Of a DNA stretch of 64,000 nt, positions 48,201-59,900 are shown one piece after another (position 1 is the first letter of the stretch; every line of letters begins with the position of its first letter). The position numbers and the translations under genes are program-made. Origin of the DNA: Eledone cirrhosa (Eukaryota). The DNA is taken from assembly GCA_964016885.1 (NCBI GenBank), contig OZ024743.1, positions 131,192,001 to 131,256,000 on the forward strand, given 5' to 3'. The notes under the pieces were generated by a model that had not been told where the DNA came from, ran no database searches, and worked only from the letters and a program-made list of their open reading frames with translations.

Positions 48201-51200
48201 TTGGTCTTTGGTGCTTGGTGTTTGGTGCTTGGTGCTTGGTGTTTGGTGTTTGGTGCTTGGCGCCTGGTGCTTGTTGTTTGGTGATTGGTGCTTGGTGTTT
48301 GCTGTTTGGTGTTGGTGTTTGGTGTTTGCTGTTTGGTGTTTGGTGCTTGGTGCTTGGTGCTTGGTGTTTGGTGCTTGGTGCTTGGTGTTTGGTGCTTGGT
48401 GCTTGGTGTTTGGTGCTTGGTGCCTGGTGCTTGTTGTTTGGTGATTGGTGCTTGGTGTTTGCTGTTTGGTGTTTGGTGTTTGGTGTTTGGTGCTGGGTGC
48501 TTGGTGTTTGGTGTTTGATGCTTGGTGTTTGATGCTTGGTGCTTGGTGCTTGGTGTTTGGTGTTTGCTGTTTGCTGTTTGGTGTTTGGTGCTTGGTGCTT
48601 GGTGCTTGGTGTTTGGTGCTTGGTGTTTGGTGCTTGGTGCTTGATGGTTGGTGTTTGTACCTGGTGCTTGGTGCTTGGTGTTTTGTGCTTGATTCTTGGT
48701 GTTTGGTGCTAGGTGTTTGCTGCTTAGTGCTTGGTGTTTGGTGCTTGGTGCTTGGTGTTTGGTGCTTGGTGCCTGGTGCTTGTTGTTTGGTGATTGGTGC
48801 TTGGTGTTTGCTGTTTGGTGTTTGGTGTTTGGTGTTTGGTGCTGGGTGCTTGGTGTTTGGTGTTTGATGCTTGGTGTTTGATGCTTGGTGCTTGGTGCTT
48901 GGTGTTTGGTGTTTGCTGTTTGCTGTTTGGTGTTTGGTGCTTGGTGCTTGGTGCTTGGTGTTTGGTGCTTGGTGTTTGGTGCTTGGTGCTTGATGGTTGG
49001 TGTTTGTACCTGGTGCTTGGTGCTTGGTGTTTTGTGCTTGATTCTTGGTGTTTGGTGCTAGGTGTTTGCTGCTTAGTGCTTGGTGTTTGCTGCTTAGTGC
49101 TTGGTGTTTGGTGCTTGGTACTTGGTGTTTGGTGCTTGGTGCTTGGTGCTTGGTGTTAGGTATTTGGTGCTTGGTGTTTGGTGTTTGGTGCTTCATGCTT
49201 GGTGCTTGGTGTTTGGTGCTTGGTGCTTGGTGTTTGGTGCTTGGTGCCTGGTGCATGGTGTTTGGTGCTTGATGCTTGGTGTTTGGTGTTTGGTGCTTGG
49301 TGTTTGGTGCTTGGTGCTTGGTGCTTGGTGTTAGGTGTTAGGTGTTTGATGCTTGGTGTTTGCTGTTTGGTGTTTGTTGTTTGCTGTTTGGTGTTTGGTC
49401 TTTGGTGCTTGGTGTTTGGTGTTTGGTGCTTGGTGCTTGGTGTTTGGTGTTTGGTGCTTGGTGCCTGGTGCTTGTTGTTTGGTGATTGGTGCTTGGTGTT
49501 TGCTGTTTGGTGTTTGGTGTTTGGTGTTTGCTGTTTTGTGTTTGGTGCTTGGTGCTTGGTGCTTGGTGTTTGGTGCTTGGTGCTTGGTGTTTGGTGCTTG
49601 GTGCTTGATGCTTGGTGTTTGTACTTGGTGCTTGGTGCTTGGTGTTTTGTGCTTGATTCTTGGTGTTTGGTGCTTGGAGCTTGGTGCTTAGTGCTTGGTG
49701 TTTGGTGTTTGGTGGTTGGTGTTTGGTGCTTGGTGCTTGGTGCTTGGTGTTAGGTGTTTGGTGATTGGTGTTTGGTGATTGGTGCTTCATGCTTGGTGCT
49801 TGGTGTTTGGTGCTTGGTGCTTGGTGTTTGGTGCTTGGTGCCTGGTGCATGGTGTTTGGTGCTTGATGCTTGGTGTTTGGTGTTTGGTGCTTGGTGTTTG
49901 GTGCTTGGTGCTTTGTGTTTGGTGTTAGGTGTTAGGTGTTTGGTGATTGGTGCTTGGTGTTTGGTGCTTGGTGCTTGATGTTTGGTGCTTGGTGCTTGGT
50001 GTTTGGTGCTTGGCGTTTGGTGCTTGGTACTTGGGGCTTGGTGTTTGGTGCTTGGAGCTTGGTGTTTGGTGCTTGGTGTTTGGTGTTTGGTGCTTGGTGT
50101 TTGGTGCTTGGTGCTTGGTGCTGGGTGGTTGGTGTTTGGTGCTTGGTGCTTGGTGTTTGGTGCTTGGAGCTTGGTGTTTGGTGCTTGGTGTTTGGTGTTT
50201 GGTGCTTGGTGTTTGGTGCTTGGTGCTTGGTGCTGGGTGGTTGGTGTTTGGTGCTTGGTGCTTGGTGTTTGGTGCTTGGTGATTAGTGTTTGGTGCTTGG
50301 TGTTTGGTTTTTGCTGTTTGGTGTTTGGTGTTTGCTGTTTGCTGTTTGCTGTTTGGTGTCTGCTTTTTGGTGTTTGGTGTTTGCTGTATCGTGTTTGCTG
50401 TTTCGTGTTTATTGTTTGCTGTTTGGTGTTTGGTGTTTGGTGTTTGGTGTTTCCTGTTTGGTGTTTAGTCTTTGGTGCTTGGTGTTTGGTGCTTGGTGCT
50501 TGGTGTTTGGTGTTTGGTGCTTGGTGCTTGGTGTTTGGTGCTTGGTGCTTGTTGTTTGGTGATTGGTGCTTGGTGCTTGGTGTTTGGTGTTTGGTGCTTG
50601 GGGCTTGGTGTTTGGTGCTTGGTGCTTGGTGCTTGGTGCTTGGTGCTTGGTGTTTGGTGTTTGATGATTGGTGTTTGGTGTTTGGTGTTTGGTGCTTGGT
50701 GCTTGGTGTTTGGTGTTTGATGCTTCCTGCTTGATGCTTGGTGCTTGGTGCTTGGTGTTTGGTGCTTGGTGCTTGGTGTTTGGTGCTTGGTACTTGGTGT
50801 TTGGTTCTTGGTGTTTGCTGTTTGCTGTTTGGTGTTTGGTGTTTGCTGTTTGCTGTTTGGTGTCTGCTTTTTGGTGTTTGTTGTTTGCTCTATGGTGTTT
50901 GCTGTTTCATGTTTGGTGTTTGCTGTTTGGTGTTTGTTGTTTGGTGTTTGGTGCTTGGTGTTTGGTGCTTGGTGCTTGGTGTTTGGTGATAGGTGCTTGG
51001 TGCTTGGTGCTTGGTGTTTGGTGTTTGGTGCTTGGTACTTGGGGCTTGGTGTTTGGTGCTTGGTGCTTCGTGCTTGGTGTTTGGTGCTTGGTGCTTGGTG
51101 TTTGGTGTTATATGCTTGGTGTTTGATGCTTGGTGCTTGGTGCTTGGTGTTTGGTGTTTGGTGTTTGTACTTGGTGCTTGGTGCTTGGTGCTTGGTGTTT

Positions 51201-51680
51201 GGTGCTTCGTGTTTGGTGCTTGGTGCTTGGTGCTTGGTGCTTGGTGCTTGGTGTTTGGTGGTTGGTGTTTGGTGCTTGGTGTTAGGTGTTTGGTGCTTGG
51301 TGCTTGGTGTTTGGTGTTTGGTGCTTGGTGTTTGGTGTTTCGTGCTTGGTGTTTGGTGCTTGGTACTTCGTGCTTGGTGCTTGGTGTTAGGTGTTTGGTG
51401 CTTGGTGTTTGGTGCTTGGTGTTTGGTGCTTGGTGCTTGGTGCTTGGTGCTTGGTGTTTGGTGTTTGGTGTCTGGTTTTTGGTGCTTGGTGCTTGGTGCT
51501 TGGTGCTTGGTGTTTGGTGGTTGGTGTTTGGTGCTTGGTGTTAGGTGTTTGGTGTTTGGTGCTTGGTGTTAGGTGTTTGGTGCTTGGTGCTTGGTGTTTG
51601 GTGTTTGGTGCTTGGTGTTTGGTGTTTGGTGCTTGGTGTTTGGTGCTTTTTGCTTGGTGCTTGGTGCTTGGTGTTTGGTG
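41990..51680. repeat. Higher-order tandem duplication, 2 copies of about 4.7-5.0 kb
   Basis: Offset is 5002 at the start (42133/47135), 4750 over most of the length (42672/47422, 43155/47905, 44044/48794, 45232/49982), then 4680 after a 70-bp (10-unit) deletion (45988/50668, 46711/51391). Contains an internal 349-bp duplication (43695/44044, 43946/44295). Confidence 0.92.
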
Positions 51681-54600
51681 CTTGGTTCTTGGTGTTTGGT
51701 GCTGGGTGCTTGGTGTTTGGTGTTTGGTGTTATATGCTTGGTGTTTGGTGCTTGGTGATTGGTGCTTGGTGTTTGGTGCTTGGTGTTTGGTGTTTGGTGC
51801 TAGGTGCTTGGTGTTTGGTGCTTGGTGCTTGGTGTTTGTACTTGGTGCTTGGTGCTTGGTTCTTGGTGTTTGGTGCTTGGTGCTTGGTGTTTGGTGCTTG
51901 GTGCTTGGTGTTTGGTGCTTGGTGTTTGGTGCTTGGTGTTTGGTGCTTGATTCTTGGTGCTTGGTGTTTGGTGCTTGGTGTTTGGTGCTTGGTGTTAGGT
52001 GTTTGGTGCTTGGTGTTTGGTGCTTGGTACTTGGTGCTTGGTGCTTGGTGTTAGGTGTTTGGTGCTTGGTGTTTGGTGTCTGGTTTTTGGTGCTTGGTGC
52101 TTGGTGTTTGGTGCTTGCTGCTGGCTGCTTGGTGTGTGGTGCTTGGTGATTGGTGCTTGGTGTTTGGTGCTTGGTGTTTGGTGTTTGGTGCTAGATGCTT
52201 GGTGTTTGGTGCTTGGTGCTTGGTGTTTGTACTTGGTGCTTGGTGCTTGGTTCTTGGTGTTTGGTGCTTGGTGCTTGGTGTTTGGTGCTTGGTGCTTGGT
52301 GTTTGGTGCTTGGTGTTTGGTGCTTGGTGCTTGGTGCTTGGTGTTTGTACTTGGTGCTTGGTGCTTGGTGTTTGGTTCTTGGTTCTTGGTGTTTGGTACT
52401 TGGTGCTTGGTGCTTGGTGCTTGATGTTTGGTGTTTGGTGGTTGGTGTTTGGTGCTTGGTGCTTGGTGCTTGGTGTTAGGTGTTTGGTGCTTGGTCCTTG
52501 GTGTTTGGTGCTTGGTGTTTGGTGTTTGCTGTCTGCTTTTTGGTGTTTAGTGTTTGCTGTATGGTGTTTGGTGTTTGCTGTTTGGTGTTTGGTCTTTGGT
52601 GCTTGGTGTTTGGTGCTTGGTGCTTGGTGTTTGGTGTTTGGTGCTTGGTGTTTGGTGCTTGGTGTTTGGTGCTTGGTGCTTGGTGCTTGGTGCTTGGTGT
52701 TTGGTGTTTGGTGTCTGGTTTTTGGTGCTTGGTGCTTGGTGCTTGGTGCTTGGTGTTTGGTGGTTGGTGTTTGGTGCTTGGTGTTAGGTGTTTGGTGTTT
52801 GGTGCTTGGTGTTAGGTGTTTGGTGCTTGGTGCTTGGTGTTTGGTGTTTGGTGCTTGGTGTTTGGTGTTTGGTGCTTGGTGTTTGGTGCTTTTTGCTTGG
52901 TGCTTGGTGCTTGGTGTTTGGTGCTTGGTTCTTGGTGTTTGGTGCTGGGTGCTTGGTGTTTGGTGTTTGGTGTTATATGCTTGGTGTTTGGTGCTTGGTG
53001 ATTGGTGCTTGGTGTTTGGTGCTTGGTGTTTGGTGTTTGGTGCTAGGTGCTTGGTGTTTGGTGCTTGGTGCTTGGTGTTTGTACTTGGTGCTTGGTGCTT
53101 GGTTCTTGGTGTTTGGTGCTTGGTGCTTGGTGTTTGCTGCTTGGTGCTTGGTGTTTGGTGCTTGGTGTTTGGTGCTTGGTGTTTGGTGCTTGGTTCTTGG
53201 TGCTTGGTGTTTGGTGCTTGGTGTTTGGTGCTTGGTGTTAGGTGTTTGGTGCTTGGTGTTTGGTGCTTGGTACTTGGTGCTTGGTGCTTGGTGTTAGGTG
53301 TTTGGTGCTTGGTGTTTGGTGTCTGGTTTTTGGTGCTTGGTGCTTGGTGTTTGGTGCTTGCTGCTGGCTGCTTGGTGTGTGGTGCTTGGTGCTTGGTGCT
53401 TGGTGCTTGGTGTTTGGTGGTTGGTGTTTGGTGCTTGGTGTTAGGTGTTTGGTGTTTGGTGCTTGGTGTTTGGTGTTTGGTGCTAGATGCTTGGTGTTTG
53501 GTGCTTGGTGCTTGGTGTTTGTACTTGGTGCTTGGTGCTTGGTTCTTGGTGTTTGGTGCTTGGTGCTTGGTGTTTGGTGCTTGGTGCTTGGTGTTTGGTG
53601 CTTGGTGTTTGGTGCTTGGTGCTTGGTGCTTGGTGTTTGTACTTGGTGCTTGGTGCTTGGTGTTTGGTTCTTGGTTCTTGGTGTTTGGTACTTGGTGCTT
53701 GGTGCTTGGTGCTTGATGTTTGGTGTTTGGTGGTTGGTGTTTGGTGCTTGGTGCTTGGTGCTTGGTGTTAGGTGTTTGGTGCTTGGTCCTTGGTGTTTGG
53801 TGCTTGGTGTTTGGTGTTTGCTGTCTGCTTTTTGGTGTTTAGTGTTTGCTGTATGGTGTTTGGTGTTTGCTGTTTGGTGTATGGTCTTTGGTGCTTGGTG
53901 TTTGGTGCTTGGTGCTTGGTGTTTGGTGTTTGGTGCTTGGTGCTTGGTGTTTGGTGTTATATGCTTGGTGTTTGATGCTTGGTGCTTGGTGCTTGGTGTT
54001 TGGTGTTTGGTGTTTGTACTTGGTGCTTGGTGCTTGGTGCTTGGTGTTTGGTGCTTGGTGTTTGGTGCTTGGTGCTTGGTGCTTGGTGCTTGGTGCTTGG
54101 TGTTTGGTGGTTGGTGTTTGGTGCTTGGTGTTAGGTGTTTGGTGCTTGGTGCTTGGTGTTTGGTGTTTGGTGCTTGGTGTTTGGTGTTTGGTGCTTGGTG
54201 TTTGGTGCTTGGTACTTGGTGCTTGGTGCTTGGTGTTAGGTGTTTGGTGCTTGGTGTTTGGTGCTTGGTGTTTGGTGCTTGGTGCTTGGTGCTTGGTGCT
54301 TGGTGTTTGGTGCTTGGTGTTTGGTGCTTGGTGTTTGGTGCTTGGTGCTTGGTGTTTGTACTTGGTGCTTGGTGCTTGGTTCTTGGTGTTTGGTGCTTGG
54401 TGCTTGGTGTTTGATGCTTGGTGCTTGGTGTTTGGTGCTTGGTGTTTGGTGCTTGGTGCTTGGTGCTTGGTGTTTGTACTTGGTGCTTGGTGCTTGGTGT
54501 TTGGTTCTTGGTTCTTGGTGTTTGGTACTTGGTGCTTGGTGCTTGGTGCTTGATGTTTGGTGTTTGGTGGTTGGTGTTTGGTGCTTGGTGCTTGGTGCTT

Positions 54601-56900
54601 GGTGTTAGGTGTTTGGTGCTTGGTCCTTGGTGTTTGGTGCTTGGTGTTTGGTGTTTGCTGTCTGCTTTTTGGTGTTTAGTGTTTGCTGTATGGTGTTTGG
54701 TGTTTGCTGTTTGGTGTTTGGTCTTTGGTGCTTGGTGTTTGGTGCTTGGTACTTGGTGCTTGGTGCTTGGTGTTAGGTGTTTGGTGCTTGGTGTTTGGTG
54801 CTTGGTGTTTGGTGCTTGGTGCTTGGTGCTTGGTGCTTGGTGTTTGGTGTTTGGTGTCTGGTTTTTGGTGCTTGGTGCTTGGTGCTTGGTGCTTGGTGTT
54901 TGGTGGTTGGTGTTTGGTGCTTGGTGTTAGGTGTTTGGTGTTTGGTGCTTGGTGTTAGGTGTTTGGTGCTTGGTGCTTGGTGTTTGGTGTTTGGTGCTTG
55001 GTGTTTGGTGTTTGGTGCTTGGTGTTTGGTGCTTTTTGCTTGGTGCTTGGTGCTTGGTGTTTGGTGCTTGGTTCTTGGTGTTTGGTGCTGGGTGCTTGGT
55101 GTTTGGTGTTTGGTGTTATATGCTTGGTGTTTGGTGCTTGGTGATTGGTGCTTGGTGTTTGGTGCTTGGTGTTTGGTGTTTGGTGCTAGGTGCTTGGTGT
55201 TTGGTGCTTGGTGCTTGGTGTTTGTACTTGGTGCTTGGTGCTTGGTTCTTGGTGTTTGGTGCTTGGTGCTTGGTGTTTGGTGCTTGGTGCTTGGTGTTTG
55301 GTGCTTGGTGTTTGGTGCTTGGTGTTTGGTGCTTGGTTCTTGGTGCTTGGTGTTTGGTGCTTGGTGTTTGGTGCTTGGTGTTAGGTGTTTGGTGCTTGGT
55401 GTTTGGTGCTTGGTACTTGGTGCTTGGTGCTTGGTGTTAGGTGTTTGGTGCTTGGTGTTTGGTGTCTGGTTTTTGGTGCTTGGTGCTTGGTGTTTGGTGC
55501 TTGCTGCTGGCTGCTTGGTGTGTGGTGCTTGGTGCTTGGTGCTTGGTGCTTGGTGTTTGGTGGTTGGTGTTTGGTGCTTGGTGTTAGGTGTTTGGTGTTT
55601 GGTGCTTGGTGTTTGGTGTTTGGTGCTAGATGCTTGGTGTTTGGTGCTTGGTGCTTGGTGTTTGTACTTGGTGCTTGGTGCTTGGTTCTTGGTGTTTGGT
55701 GCTTGGTGCTTGGTGTTTGGTGCTTGGTGCTTGGTGTTTGGTGCTTGGTGTTTGGTGCTTGGTGCTTGGTGCTTGGTGTTTGTACTTGGTGCTTGGTGCT
55801 TGGTGTTTGGTTCTTGGTTCTTGGTGTTTGGTACTTGGTGCTTGGTGCTTGGTGCTTGATGTTTGGTGTTTGGTGGTTGGTGTTTGGTGCTTGGTGCTTG
55901 GTGCTTGGTGTTAGGTGTTTGGTGCTTGGTCCTTGGTGTTTGGTGCTTGGTGTTTGGTGTTTGCTGTCTGCTTTTTGGTGTTTAGTGTTTGCTGTATGGT
56001 GTTTGGTGTTTGCTGTTTGGTGTTTGGTCTTTGGTGCTTGGTGTTTGGTGCTTGGTGCTTGGTGTTTGGTGTTTGGTGCTTGGTGCTTGGTGTTTGGTGT
56101 TATATGCTTGGTGTTTGATGCTTGGTGCTTGGTGCTTGGTGTTTGGTGTTTGGTGTTTGTACTTGGTGCTTGGTGCTTGGTGCTTGGTGTTTGGTGCTTG
56201 GTGTTTGGTGCTTGGTGCTTGGTGCTTGGTGCTTGGTGCTTGGTGTTTGGTGGTTGGTGTTTGGTGCTTGGTGTTAGGTGTTTGGTGCTTGGTGCTTGGT
56301 GTTTGGTGTTTGGTGCTTGGTGTTTGGTGTTTGGTGCTTGGTGTTTGGTGCTTGGTACTTGGTGCTTGGTGCTTGGTGTTAGGTGTTTGGTGCTTGGTGT
56401 TTGGTGCTTGGTGTTTGGTGCTTGGTGCTTGGTGCTTGGTGCTTGGTGTTTGGTGGTTGGTGTTTGGTGCTTGGTGTTTGGTGCTTGGTGCTTGGTGTTT
56501 GTACTTGGTGCTTGGTGCTTGGTTCTTGGTGTTTGGTGCTTGGTGCTTGGTGTTTGATGCTTGGTGCTTGGTGTTTGGTGCTTGGTGTTTGGTGCTTGGT
56601 GCTTGGTGCTTGGTGTTTGTACTTGGTGCTTGGTGCTTGGTGTTTGGTTCTTGGTTCTTGGTGTTTGGTACTTGGTGCTTGGTGCTTGGTGCTTGATGTT
56701 TGGTGTTTGGTGGTTGGTGTTTGGTGCTTGGTGCTTGGTGCTTGGTGTTAGGTGTTTGGTGCTTGGTCATTGGTGTTTGGTGCTTGGTGTTTGGTGTTTG
56801 CTGTCTGCTTTTTGGTGTTTAGTGTTTGCTGTATGGTGTTTGGTGTTTGCTGTTTGGTGTTTGGTCTTTGGTGCTTGGTGTTTGGTGCTTGGTGCTTGGT
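51390..56900. repeat. Nested duplications: 1243/1292-bp pair, 2143-bp tandem pair and 837-bp internal repeat
   Basis: Offsets 1243 (51545/52788, 51999/53242), 1292 (52195/53487, 52480/53772), 2143 (52788/54931, 53242/55385, 53846/55989, 54683/56826) and 837 (53846/54683, 55915/56752). Confidence 0.88.
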
Positions 56901-59900
56901 GTTTGGTGTTTGGTGCTTGGTGCTTGGTGTTTGGTGTTATATGCTTGGTGTTTGATGCTTGGTGCTTGGTGCTTGGTGTTTGGTGTTTGGTATTTGTACT
57001 TGGTGCTTGGTGCTTGGTGCTTGGTGTTTGGTGCTTGGTGTTTGGTGCTTGGTGTTTGGTGCTTGGTGCTTGGTGCTTGGTGCTTGGTGTTTGGTAGTTG
57101 GTGCTTGGTGCTTGGTGTTAGGTGTTTGGTGCTTGGTGCTTGGTGTTTGGTGTTTGGTGCTTGGTGTTTGGTGTTTGGTGCTTGGTGTTTGGTGCTTGGT
57201 ACTTGGTGCTTGGTGCTTGGTGTTAGGTGTTTGGTGCTTGGTGTTTGGTGTCTGGTTTTTGGTGCTTGGTGCTTGGTGTTTGGTGCTTGCTGCTGGCTGC
57301 TTGGTGTTTGGTGCCTGGTGATTGGTGCTTGGTGTTTGGTGCCTGGTGTTTGGTGTTTGGTGCTAGGTGCTTGGTGTTTGGTTCTTGGTGCTTGGTGTTT
57401 GTACTTGGTGCTTGGTGCTTGGTTCTTGGTGTTTGGTGCTTGGTGCTTGGTGTTTGGTGCTTGGTGCTTGGTGTTTGGTGCTTGGTGTTTGGTGCTTGGT
57501 GTTTGGTGCTTGGTGCTTGGTGCTTGGTGTTTGGTGCCTGGTGTTTGGTGCTTGGTGTTAGGTGTTTGGTGCTTGGTGCTTGGTGTTAGGTGTTTGGTGC
57601 TTGGTGTTTGGTGCTTGGTGTTTGGTGCTTGGTGCTTGGTGCTTGGTGCTTGGTGTTTGGTGGTTGGTGTTTGGTGCTTGGTGTTAGGTGTTTGGTGCTT
57701 GGTGCTTGGTGTTTGGTGTTTGGTACTTGGTGTTTGGTGTTTGGTGCTTGGTGTTTGGTGCTTTTTGCTTGGTGCTTGGTGCTTGGTGTTTGGTGCTTGG
57801 TGCTTGGTGTTTGGTGCTGGGTGCTTGGTGTTTGGTGTTTGGTGTTATATGCTTGGTGTTTGATGCTTGGTGCTTGGTGCTTGGTGTTTGGTGTTAGGTG
57901 CTTGGTGTTTGATGCTTGGTGCTTGGTGCTTGGTGTTTGGTGCTTGGTGCTTGGTGTTTGGTGCTTGGTGCTTGGTATTTGGTGCTTGGTGTTTGGTGCT
58001 TGGTGTTTGGTGCTTGGTGCTTGGTGCTTGGTGCTTGGTGTTTGGTGGTTGGTGCTTGGTGCTTGGTGTTTGGTGCTAGGTGCTTGGTGCTTGGTGCTTG
58101 GTGTTTGCTGTTTGCTGTTTGGTGTTTGGTGTTTGCTGTTTGCTGTTTGGTGTTTGGTGTTTGCTGTTTGCTGTTTGGTGTCTGCTTTTTGGTGTTTGTT
58201 GTTTGCTCTATGGTGTTTGCTGTTTCATGTTTGGTGTTTGCTGTTTGGTGTTTGTTGTTTGGTGTTTGGTGCTTGGTGTTTGGTGCTTGGTGCTTGGTGT
58301 TTGGTGCTAGGTGCTTGGTGCTTGGTGCTTGGTGTTTGGTGTTTGGTGCTTGGTACTTGGGGCTTGGTGTTTGGTGCTTGGTGCTTCGTGCTTGGTGTTT
58401 GGTGCTTGGTGCTTGGTGTTTGGTGTTATATGCTTGGTGTTTGATGCTTGGTGCTTGGTGCTTGGTGTTTGGTGTTTGGTGTTTGTACTTGGTGCTTGGT
58501 GCTTGGTGCTTGGTGTTTGGTGCTTGGTGTTTGGTGCTTGGTGCTTGGTGCTTGGTGCTTGGTGCTTGGTGTTTGGTGGTTGGTGTTTGGTGCTTGGTGT
58601 TAGGTGTTTGGTGCTTGGTGCTTGGTGTTTGGTGTTTGGTGCTTGGTGTTTGGTGTTTCGTGCTTGGTGTTTGGTGCTTGGTACTTGGTGCTTGGTGCTT
58701 GGTGTTAGGTGTTTGGTGCTTGGTGTTTGGTGCTTGGTGTTTGGTGCTTGGTGCTTGGTGCTTGGTGCTTGGTGTTTGGTGTTTGGTGTCTGGTTTTTGG
58801 TGCTTGGTGCTTGGTGCTTGGTGCTTGGTGTTTGGTGGTTGGTGTTTGGTGCTTGGTCTTAGGTGTTTGGTGTTTGGTGCTTGGTGTTAGGTGTTTGGTG
58901 CTTGGTGCTTGGTGTTTGGTGTTTGGTGCTTGGTGTTTGGTGTTTGGTGCTTGGTGTTTGGTGCTTTTTGCTTGGTGCTTGGTGCTTGGTGTTTGGTGCT
59001 TGGTTCTTGGTGTTTGGTGCTGGGTGCTTGGTGTTTGGTGTTTGGTGTTATATGCTTGGTGTTTGGTGCTTGGTGATTGGTGCTTGGTGTTTGGTGCTTG
59101 GTGTTTGGTGTTTGGTGCTAGGTGCTTGGTGTTTGGTGCTTGGTGCTTGGTGTTTGTACTTGGTGCTTGGTGCTTGGTTCTTGGTGTTTGGTGCTTGGTG
59201 CTTGGTGTTTGGTGCTTGGTGCTTGGTGTTTGGTGCTTGGTGTTTGGTGCTTGGTGTTTGGTGCTTGGTTCTTGGTGCTTGGTGTTTGGTGCTTGGTGTT
59301 TGGTGCTTGGTGTTAGGTGTTTGGTGCTTGGTGTTTGGTGCTTGGTACTTGGTGCTTGGTGCTTGGTGTTAGGTGTTTGGTGCTTGGTGTTTGGTGTCTG
59401 GTTTTTGGTGCTTGGTGCTTGGTGTTTGGTGCTTGCTGCTGGCTGCTTGGTGTGTGGTGCTTGGTGATTGGTGCTTGGTGTTTGGTGCTTGGTGTTTGGT
59501 GTTTGGTGCTAGATGCTTGGTGTTTGGTGCTTGGTGCTTGGTGTTTGTACTTGGTGCTTGGTGCTTGGTTCTTGGTGTTTGGTGCTTGGTGCTTGGTGTT
59601 TGGTGCTTGGTGCTTGGTGTTTGGTGCTTGGTGTTTGGTGCTTGGTGCTTGGTGCTTGGTGTTTGTACTTGGTGCTTGGTGCTTGGTGTTTGGTTCTTGG
59701 TTCTTGGTGTTTGGTACTTGGTGCTTGGTGCTTGGTGCTTGATGTTTGGTGTTTGGTGGTTGGTGTTTGGTGCTTGGTGCTTGGTGCTTGGTGTTAGGTG
59801 TTTGGTGCTTGGTCCTTGGTGTTTGGTGCTTGGTGTTTGGTGTTTGCTGTCTGCTTTTTGGTGTTTAGTGTTTGCTGTATGGTGTTTGGTGTTTGCTGTT